A stretch of 52,265 bases of DNA from Candidatus Poribacteria bacterium (lineage in GTDB: Bacteria > Poribacteria > WGA-4E > UBA9662). Within the stretch, counting starts at the first letter, position 1. The number at the start of each line of letters is the position of its first letter. Location of the stretch: the NCBI GenBank assembly GCA_046582655.1, contig JAYGDX010000069.1, positions 1 through 52,265 on the forward strand, in the 5' to 3' direction. Both the position numbers and the translations under genes were made by a program. Positions 41,722 through 51,893 of this stretch are shown in pieces. Below the pieces are notes generated by a model. That model had not been told where the DNA came from, did no database searches, and saw only the letters and a program-made list of their open reading frames with translations.

Positions 41722-42026
41722 TTCATTTTTTGTAATTATTAAATTTAACCTACAAAACTATTAAAACCCGTAGAGTCACTCATGCAGGGATTTCAGACTA
41801 AATTAAAGTCATTGTGAGCTTAGACGATTATTTTACTTGTAATAACAATTGCTATAGTTTATTTTAAGTGGAATTCCTCATCTGATTTCGGATAGCATAT
41901 GGATCTAGATTGAATTACATACAGCATTAATTTCATAAAAAAGCACTCTTAAAGTTTGTGTGAGAGGAATTGAATAACAGAAAATAATAAATCAGGCGCC
42001 GTCATATTAAGTGAGGAGGCTTAGTT

Positions 42027-43019
42027 GTGAAAGAAACTGAATCGGGTAATACTTCTGCGAGCAGGTGGGTTTCTTATCGTCCGGAAATTAAGCTTGTGGA
42101 TTGTACAATTCGCGATGGTGGGCTAATGAACAACCACCTTTTCGGCGATGAAACTGTTGCAGATGTGTATCAAGCATGTGTCAATAGTGGAATCGATTAC
42201 ATGGAGATTGGGTATAAAAACTCAAAACGAATTTTTTCTCCATCGGAGCATGGAGCATGGAAGTTTTGTACAGAAGATGATATTCGGCGTATCGTCGGTG
42301 ATAATGACACGCCACTTAAACTCTCCGCCATGGCAGATGCTGAAAAGAGCGATTATCAGGAGGATATACTTCCTTCTGACGAGAGTGTTTTAGACATGAT
42401 TCGGGTTGCATCCTATATCCACCAAGTACCATTAGCATTAGATATGATTAAAGATGCACACGATAAAGGTTATGAAACTACCATCAACCTGATGGCTATC
42501 TCCATCATTCAGGAACGCGACTTAGATGAGGCACTGGAACTCTTAGCTGATTCAGAAGTGGAGACTTTGTACGTTGTAGATAGTTTTGGTGCCCTTTACA
42601 GCGAACAAGTCCATTATTTTGTAGACAAGTTCCTTAAATATGCAGAACAATCTGGAAAGCAAGTTGGTATGCACGCACATAACAATCAACAGTTAGCCTT
42701 TGCCAATACTATTGAAGCAACTATCGTTGGTGCGAACATGTTGGATGCAAGCATTGCTGGATTGGGACGTGGTGCCGGTAATTGCCAACTGGAACTTTTG
42801 GTCAGTTTTCTACACAATCCGAAGCTTCAACTCAAACCTATTCTTGAATGCATTCAGCAATCTATCGAACCATTACGGGAAAAACTTATGTGGGGATTTG
42901 ATGTGTCTTATCTGATCACAGGCCTTTTAAATCAACATCCGCGTGCAGCAATGGAATTCAATGCCAAAGGTGATAAGGGTAACATCACTGAATTCTTCGA
43001 TATTATGAATGCGAAATAA
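42027..43019 (+). CDS. HMGL-like / DRE-TIM metallolyase (aldolase catalytic domain) protein
   Basis: DCTIRDGG, VDSFG, GMHAHNNQQLAFAN, GLGRGAGN; GAGGAGG RBS. Confidence 0.9.
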   Translation: MKETESGNTSASRWVSYRPEIKLVDCTIRDGGLMNNHLFGDETVADVYQACVNSGIDYMEIGYKNSKRIFSPSEHGAWKFCTEDDIRRIVGDNDTPLKLSAMADAEKSDYQEDILPSDESVLDMIRVASYIHQVPLALDMIKDAHDKGYETTINLMAISIIQERDLDEALELLADSEVETLYVVDSFGALYSEQVHYFVDKFLKYAEQSGKQVGMHAHNNQQLAFANTIEATIVGANMLDASIAGLGRGAGNCQLELLVSFLHNPKLQLKPILECIQQSIEPLREKLMWGFDVSYLITGLLNQHPRAAMEFNAKGDKGNITEFFDIMNAK

Positions 43020-43211
43020 TAGGTGAATGGGTATTCTTAAAGTGTGCGACCATCGAGAATTCTTATTGTAGTATCGATTTGTTATAAAACGGCTAGAGGT
43101 GGCTTGAGGAGATTGTACCCAACCACAAATTTTTGATTGGGCACAGGATCTGAACAGGCTCAAGAATACGACTTCTTCAAGTTTAATCACAAAACTGCAC
43201 TTGAGAGGCAA

Positions 43212-44045
43212 ATGGCAGATCGACTTCCTAAATTTGCAAAACTTGGTCATGAAACACCATCAGTTTGTCGGCTCGGTTTGGCCACGCGTAGTAACACTCA
43301 TCTAACGACTGATGATGTATTATACGCGATCGATAATGGTATCAATTATCTGAACTGGTGTGCCTATCCTGATGGTTTAAGTAATGCTATCCGTCAATTA
43401 TCATCGAGTCAACGCAAGCAGATCGTAGTCGCAATGCAGTTTTCAGCTCGATCCGCAGACGCAGCCAATCGCGAACTGGATTCTGCATTGTACACATTGG
43501 ATACTGATTATCTCGACATAATTACGTTTTATTACGTTGAAACTGAAAATGACTGGGTAACAATCAGTGCTATGAACGGAGCTTTGGAGCCGATTCGTCA
43601 ATCACAAATGTTGGGAAAGGTGAAGCTTATTGGTCTTACCACCCACCAACGTGATCTTGCTGTCAGACGGGCTCAGAACCGAGATCTGGACCTTCTGATG
43701 ATTCGATATAACGCTGCGCACCGTGGAGCGGAAGGAGATATTTTTTCGATTACGGATGTTGTCGGAATACCAGTCATTGCATTCACCGCGTTGCGTTGGG
43801 GAGCACTCCTAAGACCAACCTCTATAGACCCTCTTGACTGGAGACCTCCGACAGCACAGGAATGTTATCGTTTTCTTCTTTCAAACCCATCGGTTGCTGT
43901 TGGGCTTATGGCGCCGAGTGATCGGAAAGAATTAGAGGCAAACTTATCCCTGTTGAGAGATTGGCGGAGTTTGACAATTGATGAGATGAAAATGATACGA
44001 ACTCATGGGGATCGCGTCTACCAAACAGCAGGTGTTTTCGAGTAA
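43212..44045 (+). CDS. Aldo/keto reductase family protein
   Basis: VCRLGLA, LDTDYLD, GKVKLIGLTTH, MIRYNAAHRGAE. Start taken at ATG 43212 (GAGG RBS). Confidence 0.82.
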   Translation: MADRLPKFAKLGHETPSVCRLGLATRSNTHLTTDDVLYAIDNGINYLNWCAYPDGLSNAIRQLSSSQRKQIVVAMQFSARSADAANRELDSALYTLDTDYLDIITFYYVETENDWVTISAMNGALEPIRQSQMLGKVKLIGLTTHQRDLAVRRAQNRDLDLLMIRYNAAHRGAEGDIFSITDVVGIPVIAFTALRWGALLRPTSIDPLDWRPPTAQECYRFLLSNPSVAVGLMAPSDRKELEANLSLLRDWRSLTIDEMKMIRTHGDRVYQTAGVFE

Positions 44046-44081
44046 CCGAGTTTTAAGACTTCTTATCACTGTCAATAAGAT

Positions 44082-45390
44082 TTAAAGCCACTTTGGCAAT
44101 CTGGCTGACATAAAAGTGTTCACTCTCGGTAACATCAATTAACGAGGATGTTGCCGAGACCGCATCCTTGCCCCATTCGCGCTAAAGCCAAAGCTGTATT
44201 ATGTTGAACGCAGCGACAGGGATCTTTCAGTCGAGTGGTTAAAGCCGGTACGACACTTTTAGCTGCTTGACCTATGGTTCCTAATGCTTCCGTTGCGTTT
44301 CGCCGCCCCATTCATTGTTATCCTGCAACATGTTGATTAACTGGGGTATTGCTTGTTGAGCAGATGATCCTATATCGCCTAAAATATCAGCAGCAGCTGA
44401 ACGTATCCACCAATTCTTGTGGTCGATTATCGTAAGGAGTTTAGGAACTGCTTTGGCTCCAATTGCACTGAGAGCATACCCTGTATAAAGTTGGCTTGGG
44501 TTGGTATAGCTTTGTTCAAGATTTTGGTCCCGCAACCGCTCCGCTTCCAAGATCAGTTCGTCAGTTAAAGTGGTCTCTGCTGACTCACCAACTTGACCAA
44601 GTCTATAAGCTGCATTGACACGTGTCAACTCGCATTCAGCTTGCAGATCCTGTAATAACTCCGATGTTCCAACAGTTTCATTCTCTGTATCACTCCCTGT
44701 TGGCCCACAGAACCAATTCCACATTGTTTTATGTTTCGGATTGTCTGTCTCCCAAGCTAGATTTTGAAAGTTCCAAGAAGGAGTTGTGGGTTCTCCCATC
44801 CGGCAAAAAAGGAATTTCATCATGAATCGTTTCCGGTTCGTTAGATTTGCTGTCGCACGGTGCTAGATATCATAGTGCACAATGGTAATTGTTCCTGCCT
44901 CTCCACTGAGCGCAATTTCATTTTCTGTGTGGGCAGCCTCATGTGTAAGATAGTAGTAGGATTTCGAAATGATAGCTGTTGGCCCCATTTCTTCATCGGC
45001 GTCCTGTGGATAACAAAATGCCATCGTCCATCGTGTTCGGTGATGACGAACGTTCTCATCATCTTCATAATTGTCTTGATGTGTCCCTTGTCCTCTGCTA
45101 TTTGGTGTATTGTAGTGACAATGTCGATGCGAATGCATTAATGTAGTTCGGTCCTAAAATGCTGGTCATCGCTCCTTGGAACACTAGTTGACTGAAAATG
45201 TCATCTAAAGCTATAATTTCATCCAGGATATTGTTTCCGGGATTCCCATTCTTAATTAAGGAGTTCTTGAGTCTGCGAAAATATGTCATTGTGAAAACCC
45301 GATGGGAAGGCAGACTTATATAGTTAAATAGCTGTTTGTAATAAAATCTTACATCTGCTGGTCATTAAGTAAGTATTTGATGTTAATCAT
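44082..45390 (-). pseudogene. Phytanoyl-CoA dioxygenase + HEAT-repeat gene, fragmented
   Basis: Collinear pieces in different frames: MINIKYLLNDQQM*DFIT, GNPGNNIL, HRHCH...HQD, FCYPQD...MGPT, GTITIVHYD, MMKFLFCRM, then HEAT repeats (VNAAYRLG, AADILGDIG). 3' boundary approximate. Confidence 0.85.
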
Positions 45391-45628
45391 ATAGAATTTT
45401 CCTGAAATAGAAATTGTGGTTTAAAAGGGAACCCTCAACTGATTTTGATGCTCATTGCTAATAGATGTTGATTAGGAGTTACACTGAATTTATATTCGTT
45501 ATCTAAACCTATAATTGCTGCAATTGCTTGACACATTGTTAAGATTTAAGTGATAATCGCTCAATATTAGACATTTTTTACTGGATTCCAATTGTATTGA
45601 TAGTATGGTGTGCCCTAGGGATTAGCAG

Positions 45629-46354
45629 ATGAGAGAAGTTGGTTTTCCTTCAGAAAATCTGCATGGAAGCAAGATCATTGCTTGGAGTGTTCATTTATTT
45701 ACCGCCAGCGGCGTTATATGGTCATTATTAGCAATAATCGCAATTATCGGTCACCAATGGCAATTAGCTTTTGCTTGGATGATGTTGGCAGCATGTGTTG
45801 ATTTTTTAGATGGATCACTAGCGCGCTATTTTAGAATTGGTAGTGTCTTGCCAAAATTCAATGGAGCGCTGTTAGATAATATTGTCGATTACTTGTCCTA
45901 TGTTTTTGTCCCTGCCCTATTTTTGTGGGAAAGTGACCCAATATTACTGCCGACGGAATGGAAATTGCCGAGTGCAATCATGATTTCGCTCGCTTCGGCT
46001 TACCAATTCTGCCAGTCTGATGCTAAAACTATAGATTATTCTTTTAAAGGGTTTCCCTCTTACTGGAATTTTGCTGTTTTTTATCTGTTTTTTCTTAAAT
46101 GGAATCCGTGGATAAATTTTGCCATCCTCTTTTTTTTATGCTTCTTTGTCTTTGTACCAATCAAGTATGCTTACCCTTCACTGATGAAACACTATAAATT
46201 ACCGACTATTATACTGACCCTCACATGGTTCGTGATACTTATTGTAATCCTAATCCAATATCCTGATCAACAATATTGGTTAGTATTGACATCGCTATTT
46301 TACGTAGTGTATTACGTGGTAATTAGTTTATATACGAAGACTAGCCGAAACTAA
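45629..46354 (+). CDS. pcs: Phosphatidylcholine synthase (CDP-alcohol phosphatidyltransferase family)
   Basis: VHLFTASG, DFLDGSLAR, GALLDNIVDY, SAYQF, FKGFPSYWN. Confidence 0.82.
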   Translation: MREVGFPSENLHGSKIIAWSVHLFTASGVIWSLLAIIAIIGHQWQLAFAWMMLAACVDFLDGSLARYFRIGSVLPKFNGALLDNIVDYLSYVFVPALFLWESDPILLPTEWKLPSAIMISLASAYQFCQSDAKTIDYSFKGFPSYWNFAVFYLFFLKWNPWINFAILFFLCFFVFVPIKYAYPSLMKHYKLPTIILTLTWFVILIVILIQYPDQQYWLVLTSLFYVVYYVVISLYTKTSRN

Positions 46355-46548
46355 TTTAAGCCGAGAATTATGATAAGCACTTGTATACGATCTTAAATGA
46401 TTGCGATATTGTATTCCAACCCGTATTTTCTTTCCTTGACATTGTTACTTTAATTAGAAGTCCTTTTTTAAAATATAGTTATCAGAAAATCTGATTTTAG
46501 TTTGGTCGAATACGCCTTCACTTTTGGGAATGTCTGAGGGGTACTTAG

Positions 46549-47100
46549 ATGAAGTTGATACAGCATCTGATCAAAACATTTCAGAATTGGCGGTACCTAC
46601 CAACTCAATTGCTGATCTCCAAGCTAAAGAAATCCAGATCTTCAGAAATCCGATCGTATGCAGCGGAAGCACTTGGGACAGTTGGAGATGAACATGCAAA
46701 CCAACCACTCATTGATGCTCTCCAAGATGCGAACAACAGCGTTCGTCGTTTCGCTATTTCATCGCTCGGTCATCTTCGAAATCCAACAGCCATTGAGTCA
46801 CTAATTTCCTTTTTAAAGGATCATGAACCAGACATCCGTTGTGCAACAGCTGTGGCTTTAGGAGAAATTAGTGATTCTAACGCAGTTGAAGCCCTAATTT
46901 CATCAGCTATGGAGGATTCGGATAGATCTGTTTGTTCTGCAGCCATCATCGCGTTAGGAAAAATTGGTGACAGACGAGCCATCGAACCGCTCAATAATTT
47001 GATGAAGAAAGCAGACAGCGAATGGATTCTCCGATATGCGAGCGAAACTTTACATCAGATTGAGGAAAGCATCAAGGAACCGCCCCCAAACACCTCGTAG
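46549..47100 (+). CDS. HEAT/PBS-lyase repeat protein
   Basis: Repeats IRSYAAEALG, VRRFAISSLG, IRCATAVALG, VCSAAIIALG. Confidence 0.9.
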   Translation: MKLIQHLIKTFQNWRYLPTQLLISKLKKSRSSEIRSYAAEALGTVGDEHANQPLIDALQDANNSVRRFAISSLGHLRNPTAIESLISFLKDHEPDIRCATAVALGEISDSNAVEALISSAMEDSDRSVCSAAIIALGKIGDRRAIEPLNNLMKKADSEWILRYASETLHQIEESIKEPPPNTS

Positions 47101-47127
47101 ATTTCTCCTAAATTTCACATTCAGAAA

Positions 47128-47436
47128 TCAATAAAGTAATTTGCAAATGGTAGCGGCTTTACCGCTTGGTGAAACATCTAGTTTGTTGGTTGTCATGCCA
47201 ATCCCTCTTTCCATAATTGCCTTTATATCATTTTTAGTTAGAGGCATATTAAACGTGGTCACATCGTCGATCAGTCTGTTATAAAGTTCACCATTGTCCC
47301 CAGTATTAGTGCTAATACTCTTTTTCCCAGTAAAAAACATGCTTCCAGCTACGATAGAAGCCTCTACTTTTTGCCGATGTAGACTGTTCGGCTTTGCTAG
47401 TTCTGAAGGAGTGCTAGTACAGATACATAGTGCCAT
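47128..47436 (-). pseudogene. C-terminal remnant of a LamG-like domain protein
   Basis: LIDDVTTFNMPLTKNDIKAIM (LamG end IDEV.IF..AL...I) followed by the tail DVSPSGKAAT; upstream part degenerate. Confidence 0.6.
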
Positions 47437-47860
47437 CGGGCAATCTGATGCGTCAAATCGGTGTTAGCTCGCTGATTGTGGGTAATTACGCTTTTCACAA
47501 CGAGGCTATCTACTAGGGTGACCGTAATGAGTTTAGTAGGCAGATGGCATCAAATGTTTATTATGACACCGTTCGTGCGGGGGATTATACCCAAACATGA
47601 AAAGTACTGTTGTTGAAATAATCTTGACATCAAAATCCTATGATCATTATTTATGATAGTATTATTCTTGGGATTCTTGTTTCGAGATTCAGTCCTTGTT
47701 GAGACATAGTTTAAGTCCTAGTCCCCATTGATGTCTGATTACATTAGTTTGGGTGTGGTTAGATTTGATGGAGACTGGACCTTTGAAACCAAATTGCTAC
47801 CATCTGAGAGATTGAATCCAAGCTTCAGCAATAAATTTATTTTTAGTCTTTTAATGGCTT

Positions 47861-48511
47861 ATGTCTCAAAAGAGCAGTGAAATTGATGTTGACAGCGTAG
47901 AAGGCTACATTTCTCTTGGTATTGCTTGCCACGCTCAGGGACAGTTCGAGGAGGCTGTTGCTGCCTACAGGACGGCAATCTCCATAAACTCTGAGAATGC
48001 AAACGCATATCTTAATCTTGGCATTGCTTATATTGCTCAGGGACAACCGCTGGAAGCAATTAACGCACTACAAAAAGCCATAGAAATCGAACCTGATAAC
48101 GCAAGTTCATATCTTAATCTAGGGACTGTTTTTGTTAGTCGCGGACAGTTGGATAAAGCTATCACTACCTTCCACAGGGCCATAGAAATTTCCCCTAATA
48201 ATGCAAACGCTCATTATAACCTTGGAATTGCTTATATAGATCAAGGTTGTTTAACAGAAGCTGTTACCGCATTGCAAAAAACCATAGAAATTGATCCCAA
48301 AAATGCAAACGCACACCTGAATCTTGGGGTAGCTTACGCCAATCATGGTATGCTAGAAGACGCTATCATCGCCTATAAGAGAGCTATATTAATAAATCCT
48401 GGGAATTCGAGTGAAAGTTATAATTTCGAAACTGCTTATCGCGCTCAAGGTAGATTAGAGGAAGCAATAGCCACATACAGGAATAGGAAGTCTACCAAAG
48501 CAACTGTTTAG
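47861..48511 (+). CDS. Tetratricopeptide repeat protein (about 5.5 TPRs)
   Basis: 34-aa / 102-nt periodic AYLNLG.AY...G...EA......AI.I.P.N units. Confidence 0.93.
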   Translation: MSQKSSEIDVDSVEGYISLGIACHAQGQFEEAVAAYRTAISINSENANAYLNLGIAYIAQGQPLEAINALQKAIEIEPDNASSYLNLGTVFVSRGQLDKAITTFHRAIEISPNNANAHYNLGIAYIDQGCLTEAVTALQKTIEIDPKNANAHLNLGVAYANHGMLEDAIIAYKRAILINPGNSSESYNFETAYRAQGRLEEAIATYRNRKSTKATV

Positions 48512-48581
48512 TGTGCTATTTTATCTGCCCCTGGATTGGCAGTTTTCCCACCATATATAATCGAAAGGGTAAGAATAGGAA

Positions 48582-49445
48582 ATGCTTAATCAAAGTCACC
48601 TTCAACACCAGATTACTGAAGAGCAACTCCATCATTTCAATCAACTTGGTTACCTCATCGTTAAAGAGGCCTTACCTGAGGATCTGGTCGATCGATTAGA
48701 AAAGCATATTGATCAAATCTATCAACAACATCTTGATAGTGGTTATGACCCCTATACCAAAAGTGGCATGACTACGGAGAAAAATTTCTTTTATCCTAAT
48801 TTTCTTGGGCAGGATCAGCTTTTTGTTAATCTTTTAGATTGGTATAAAACTTTTCCCAAAGTGTGGGGGATTCTTGGTTGGAACATTTACTCCTATCATT
48901 CCCATTTTATTATTATACCACCGCAAAAATCAGAGGGTCATGGCCAGATTAAGCCGCTCGGTTGGCATCAGGACAGCGGACGGGTCAATCGGGAAATGGA
49001 AGGTTCTCCTCGTTCGCGCCTCTCCTTAAAAATTGCCTACATGCTCTCTGATTGCTCAGAACCGGATCGTGGTAATTTTTGTATTATCCCCGGTAGCCAT
49101 CTTCAAAATACACTCAATCGCCCAACCGATGGATCAATGCCCGAAAAGGCGATGCCTGTTTGCTGTAACCCCGGAGACGCGGTCTTCTTTGATCGACGAC
49201 TCTGGCACGCACGCAGTGAAAACGGTAGTGAGATTATCCGAAAAATCCTGTTTTACGGTTATGGCTATAGATGGCTTCGTCCGAAAGATGATATGACCAT
49301 CCCGGAGAGGGTCTTCCAGAATAATGATCCGATTCGTCAACAACTCTTGGGTGGAGGCGCAAATGCCAATGGACATTTTTCACCAAAGGATGAGGATGTC
49401 CCGTTAAAGGTCTGGTTGGAAGACCATGGGGTTACGCTTAATTGA
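48582..49445 (+). CDS. Phytanoyl-CoA dioxygenase (PhyH) family Fe(II)/2OG enzyme
   Basis: GYLIV, WHQD, IIPGSH, GDAVFFDRRLWH. Confidence 0.9.
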   Translation: MLNQSHLQHQITEEQLHHFNQLGYLIVKEALPEDLVDRLEKHIDQIYQQHLDSGYDPYTKSGMTTEKNFFYPNFLGQDQLFVNLLDWYKTFPKVWGILGWNIYSYHSHFIIIPPQKSEGHGQIKPLGWHQDSGRVNREMEGSPRSRLSLKIAYMLSDCSEPDRGNFCIIPGSHLQNTLNRPTDGSMPEKAMPVCCNPGDAVFFDRRLWHARSENGSEIIRKILFYGYGYRWLRPKDDMTIPERVFQNNDPIRQQLLGGGANANGHFSPKDEDVPLKVWLEDHGVTLN

Positions 49446-49939
49446 CCCTTAATTCAGTCTTAAATTTTTCAATCCCAATAGTTTGATAGTTGTCCTATTT
49501 TTTTACCACTTGATTTCTGGTATATCAAGCATCATCAGGGGGTAGAGTACCTCAATATGGCTATAGCTCAGGTCACTACACACCTGCTTTGGCTGCAGTC
49601 TCTCCTGTTCATCATAGGCTAAAAAAACAGCTGCACGACTATATCCGCACAAATATTCAGCCTCTACTGGGGCAAGGACACAGTGGATTTGAAGGATATT
49701 CTACATCAGGAGCAGAAGGTCTAAGCTGGTTCAGCAAATCGGTAAGAAGCAGGTACAGCATATGCTTCAGCTGGTTCTTGATGACTAACTGCAAACTCTG
49801 CTAGATTAGCACTACAGATGGTCAAGTGATGATGTCCGAATTATTTCATCCGAAGGGAAACGTCAAACCAGGGCATCCAGCATTAGATGCATCTATGGGT
49901 GAAGGATAGTACATAGCATATCAGGAGATAATGGATCAT

Positions 49940-50211
49940 TTGCATAGTTTGGCTGATCCGAAACAAACCGGCTTCGGCCGTGGCTAACAAGTTACTGGTG
50001 CCACGAGATTTTTATTGGCTTGATGCGTACCGCGAATCTGGTTGGTCATGCGGGTAGCCATGGCTGATCCGGCAGTATCGTCAGCGGCGCTGTTAATGCG
50101 CAGGCCGGAAGAGAGTCATTGAATATTTTTATTGAGTAGAGCTTAAGTTTTGCTGAGTTGGCTGTAAGCAAAAGCTGCGGTTGGATTACTTTGAAGTCTG
50201 AAAGAGTTCAT
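49940..50211 (-). pseudogene. fliC: Flagellin N-terminal remnant
   Basis: ATG 50211 with AGGGG RBS: MNSFRLQSNPTAAFAYSQLSKT*ALLNKNIQ*LSSGLRINSAADDTAGSAMATRMTNQIRGTHQANKN, then after a frameshift RGTSNLLATAEAGL. Not in the ORF track. Confidence 0.9.
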
Positions 50212-50305
50212 TTTGATTTCCCCTATATTATTGAAGCTGCTGTTGTGTGTAATGTTGTGTTGTTACCGGCTTGCTTGAGTTCCTACGCTCAATCAAACTG
50301 GGTAT

Positions 50306-50332
50306 ATACCGGCAGGAGAGAAAAATACTTTG
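50306..50332 (-). promoter_or_regulatory. sigma28 (FliA)-like promoter of the flagellin remnant
   Basis: CAAAGTAT-N11-GCCGGTAT versus consensus TAAAGTTT-N11-GCCGATAA, about 95 nt upstream of the flagellin ATG. Confidence 0.6.
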
Positions 50333-50472
50333 GGCTTTTTTGAAAATAAAGTTAATAAAAAGTGTATTATTTGTAGTTGGTGGGCGGGATCAGAGGCAAG
50401 TTCAGTTGTATGAAAGTGACATATTGACTGGCAGAGAATCAAGTATAATAGTTGATTTTATTGCTCAGTCGA

Positions 50473-50502
50473 GTTGTATTTAAGTTAAAAACTTAAATAC
50501 AA
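50473..50502. repeat. 30-bp palindromic element, copy 1
   Basis: G-TTGTATTTAAGTT-AAA-AACTTAAATACAA, a perfect 13-bp inverted repeat. Confidence 0.9.
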
Positions 50503-50794
50503 GGTGAATTTCATGGTTATTAAAAGGGAAACAGAAGAACAGAAAATAGAAATTAGGGTCTAGGAGTAGGACGTACAGAAATAAATTTGACTGAGGAACA
50601 AAAAGAAAAACTCAAGCGAAAAATGAAGGTGAGGGGAGAAAAGTTCGGAGGGAACGTGTGATCAAAGCCTACCCCCAAGTATTTTGTGTTTGGGGCTTCG
50701 CGAGATCCGTTACTCTTTTTTATTAAAGTGGCAAGGATCTATATAAATAATATTTCTCCAACAAAATTCTAGCGGTCCTCGGAGCAGATTTTAT

Positions 50795-51843
50795 ATGAGC
50801 ACCCAAGATACGGCCTTGGATCAATTACTGAAAATCTCTGCCTTTGTGATCAAGCATGTCAACTGGCCAGCTGAGGTGGATCCGTCTGCTTGCCAGACCA
50901 GTGAACTTAAAGAAGGGATGTCAGCGTTGGGTGTTTTCACCGTTGAATGCCCAAATGCAAACTTCATTCCTGCTAAAGTTGTGCTCAAACGGTATGCCGA
51001 TAAGCCATTGAAAAATAAACGCATAGTGGCAGCGAGTAAGGCTTTCTCTTAGGTTGGGGCAGCGCCAGCCTTGATTGCCTCCGCTGATAACTGGGTGATT
51101 GAAGCTTTGCTGGCCAGAAGCAAGAATCCAACACAGAAATCAGGATGAGGCGGATGGCAGACTTAGCGGCACGTCTACACACAGCACCCACTGACTGGTG
51201 TGACTCATGGCAAGAAGAGATGTATCAGCAGCATCCTTGTCTCCATAATGTGCCAGTGGGGTCACTTATCTGGCCTTGCCTAGCACATTATGATGGCGGC
51301 CTTGATAAGTACACGGTGGAGCAGATGCAGCAACTAGGCAAGACTATACCTGAGGCCTTATCCCAGATTGGGGATGAAGTGGTGAGCATACACGGAGATT
51401 TACATCGAGGTAACACCGTGCTGACTGCGGATGGAGTGTTGTTGTCGATAGACTTTGAGTTTTCTAGCGTCAGTCAGGTACGACAAGATTTGCTGTATAA
51501 CTCTTGGGAAAGTGGGTCCAATCGGCGTGCTTTGTGCACTAGTTACCTAAAGGCTAGAGGTTTACCTGGCAATCAACAGGAGGCAGACCTGCTAGCAGTA
51601 GATATGATAGTAGCAGCAGTGGTACATTTCCGCTTATTGAGGGAATTGCTGTCAGTGGGTAGTCCATTACCAAGTAGTGGAATAGGGATTACACAAGCTC
51701 TATCGGAGTTGAACCAGTTGAATAGAGCAGTAGAAGTTTTGAAAGGTTCCCCAGAAAGATGTGCCCATGTGGTAGACGAAACTGATGTCTGGAAGTGCAT
51801 AAAAGATACAGACCTGTTGTTAGATCTGTGCACTAAGTATTGA
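50795..51843 (+). pseudogene. Choline/ethanolamine-kinase-like (APH/ChoK superfamily) phosphotransferase, interrupted
   Basis: The N-lobe ORF stops at TAG 51050-51052 but reads on VGAAPALIASADNWVIEA; a 1-nt frameshift near 51105-51115 leads into the frame with HGDLHRGN and IDFEFS motifs. Confidence 0.75.
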
Positions 51844-51863
51844 TAAAGTTTTAAGGTGACTAG

Positions 51864-51893
51864 GTTGTATTTAAGTTAAAAACTTATGTACAA
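51864..51893. repeat. 30-bp palindromic element, copy 2 (28/30 identical to copy 1, same orientation)
   Basis: GTTGTATTTAAGTTAAAAACTTATGTACAA, 20 nt after the kinase stop. Confidence 0.9.

Noticed and set aside
49500..49939. Continuation of flagellin or a separate gene
   Set aside because: No flagellin C-terminal motif and only short stop-rich frames; probably decayed coding DNA that I cannot identify.
50473..51893. 30-bp GTTGTA...TACAA repeat as a CRISPR repeat or integron attC site
   Set aside because: Only two copies 1.39 kb apart, with no spacers or cas genes; lacks the RYYYAAC/GTTRRRY attC ends.
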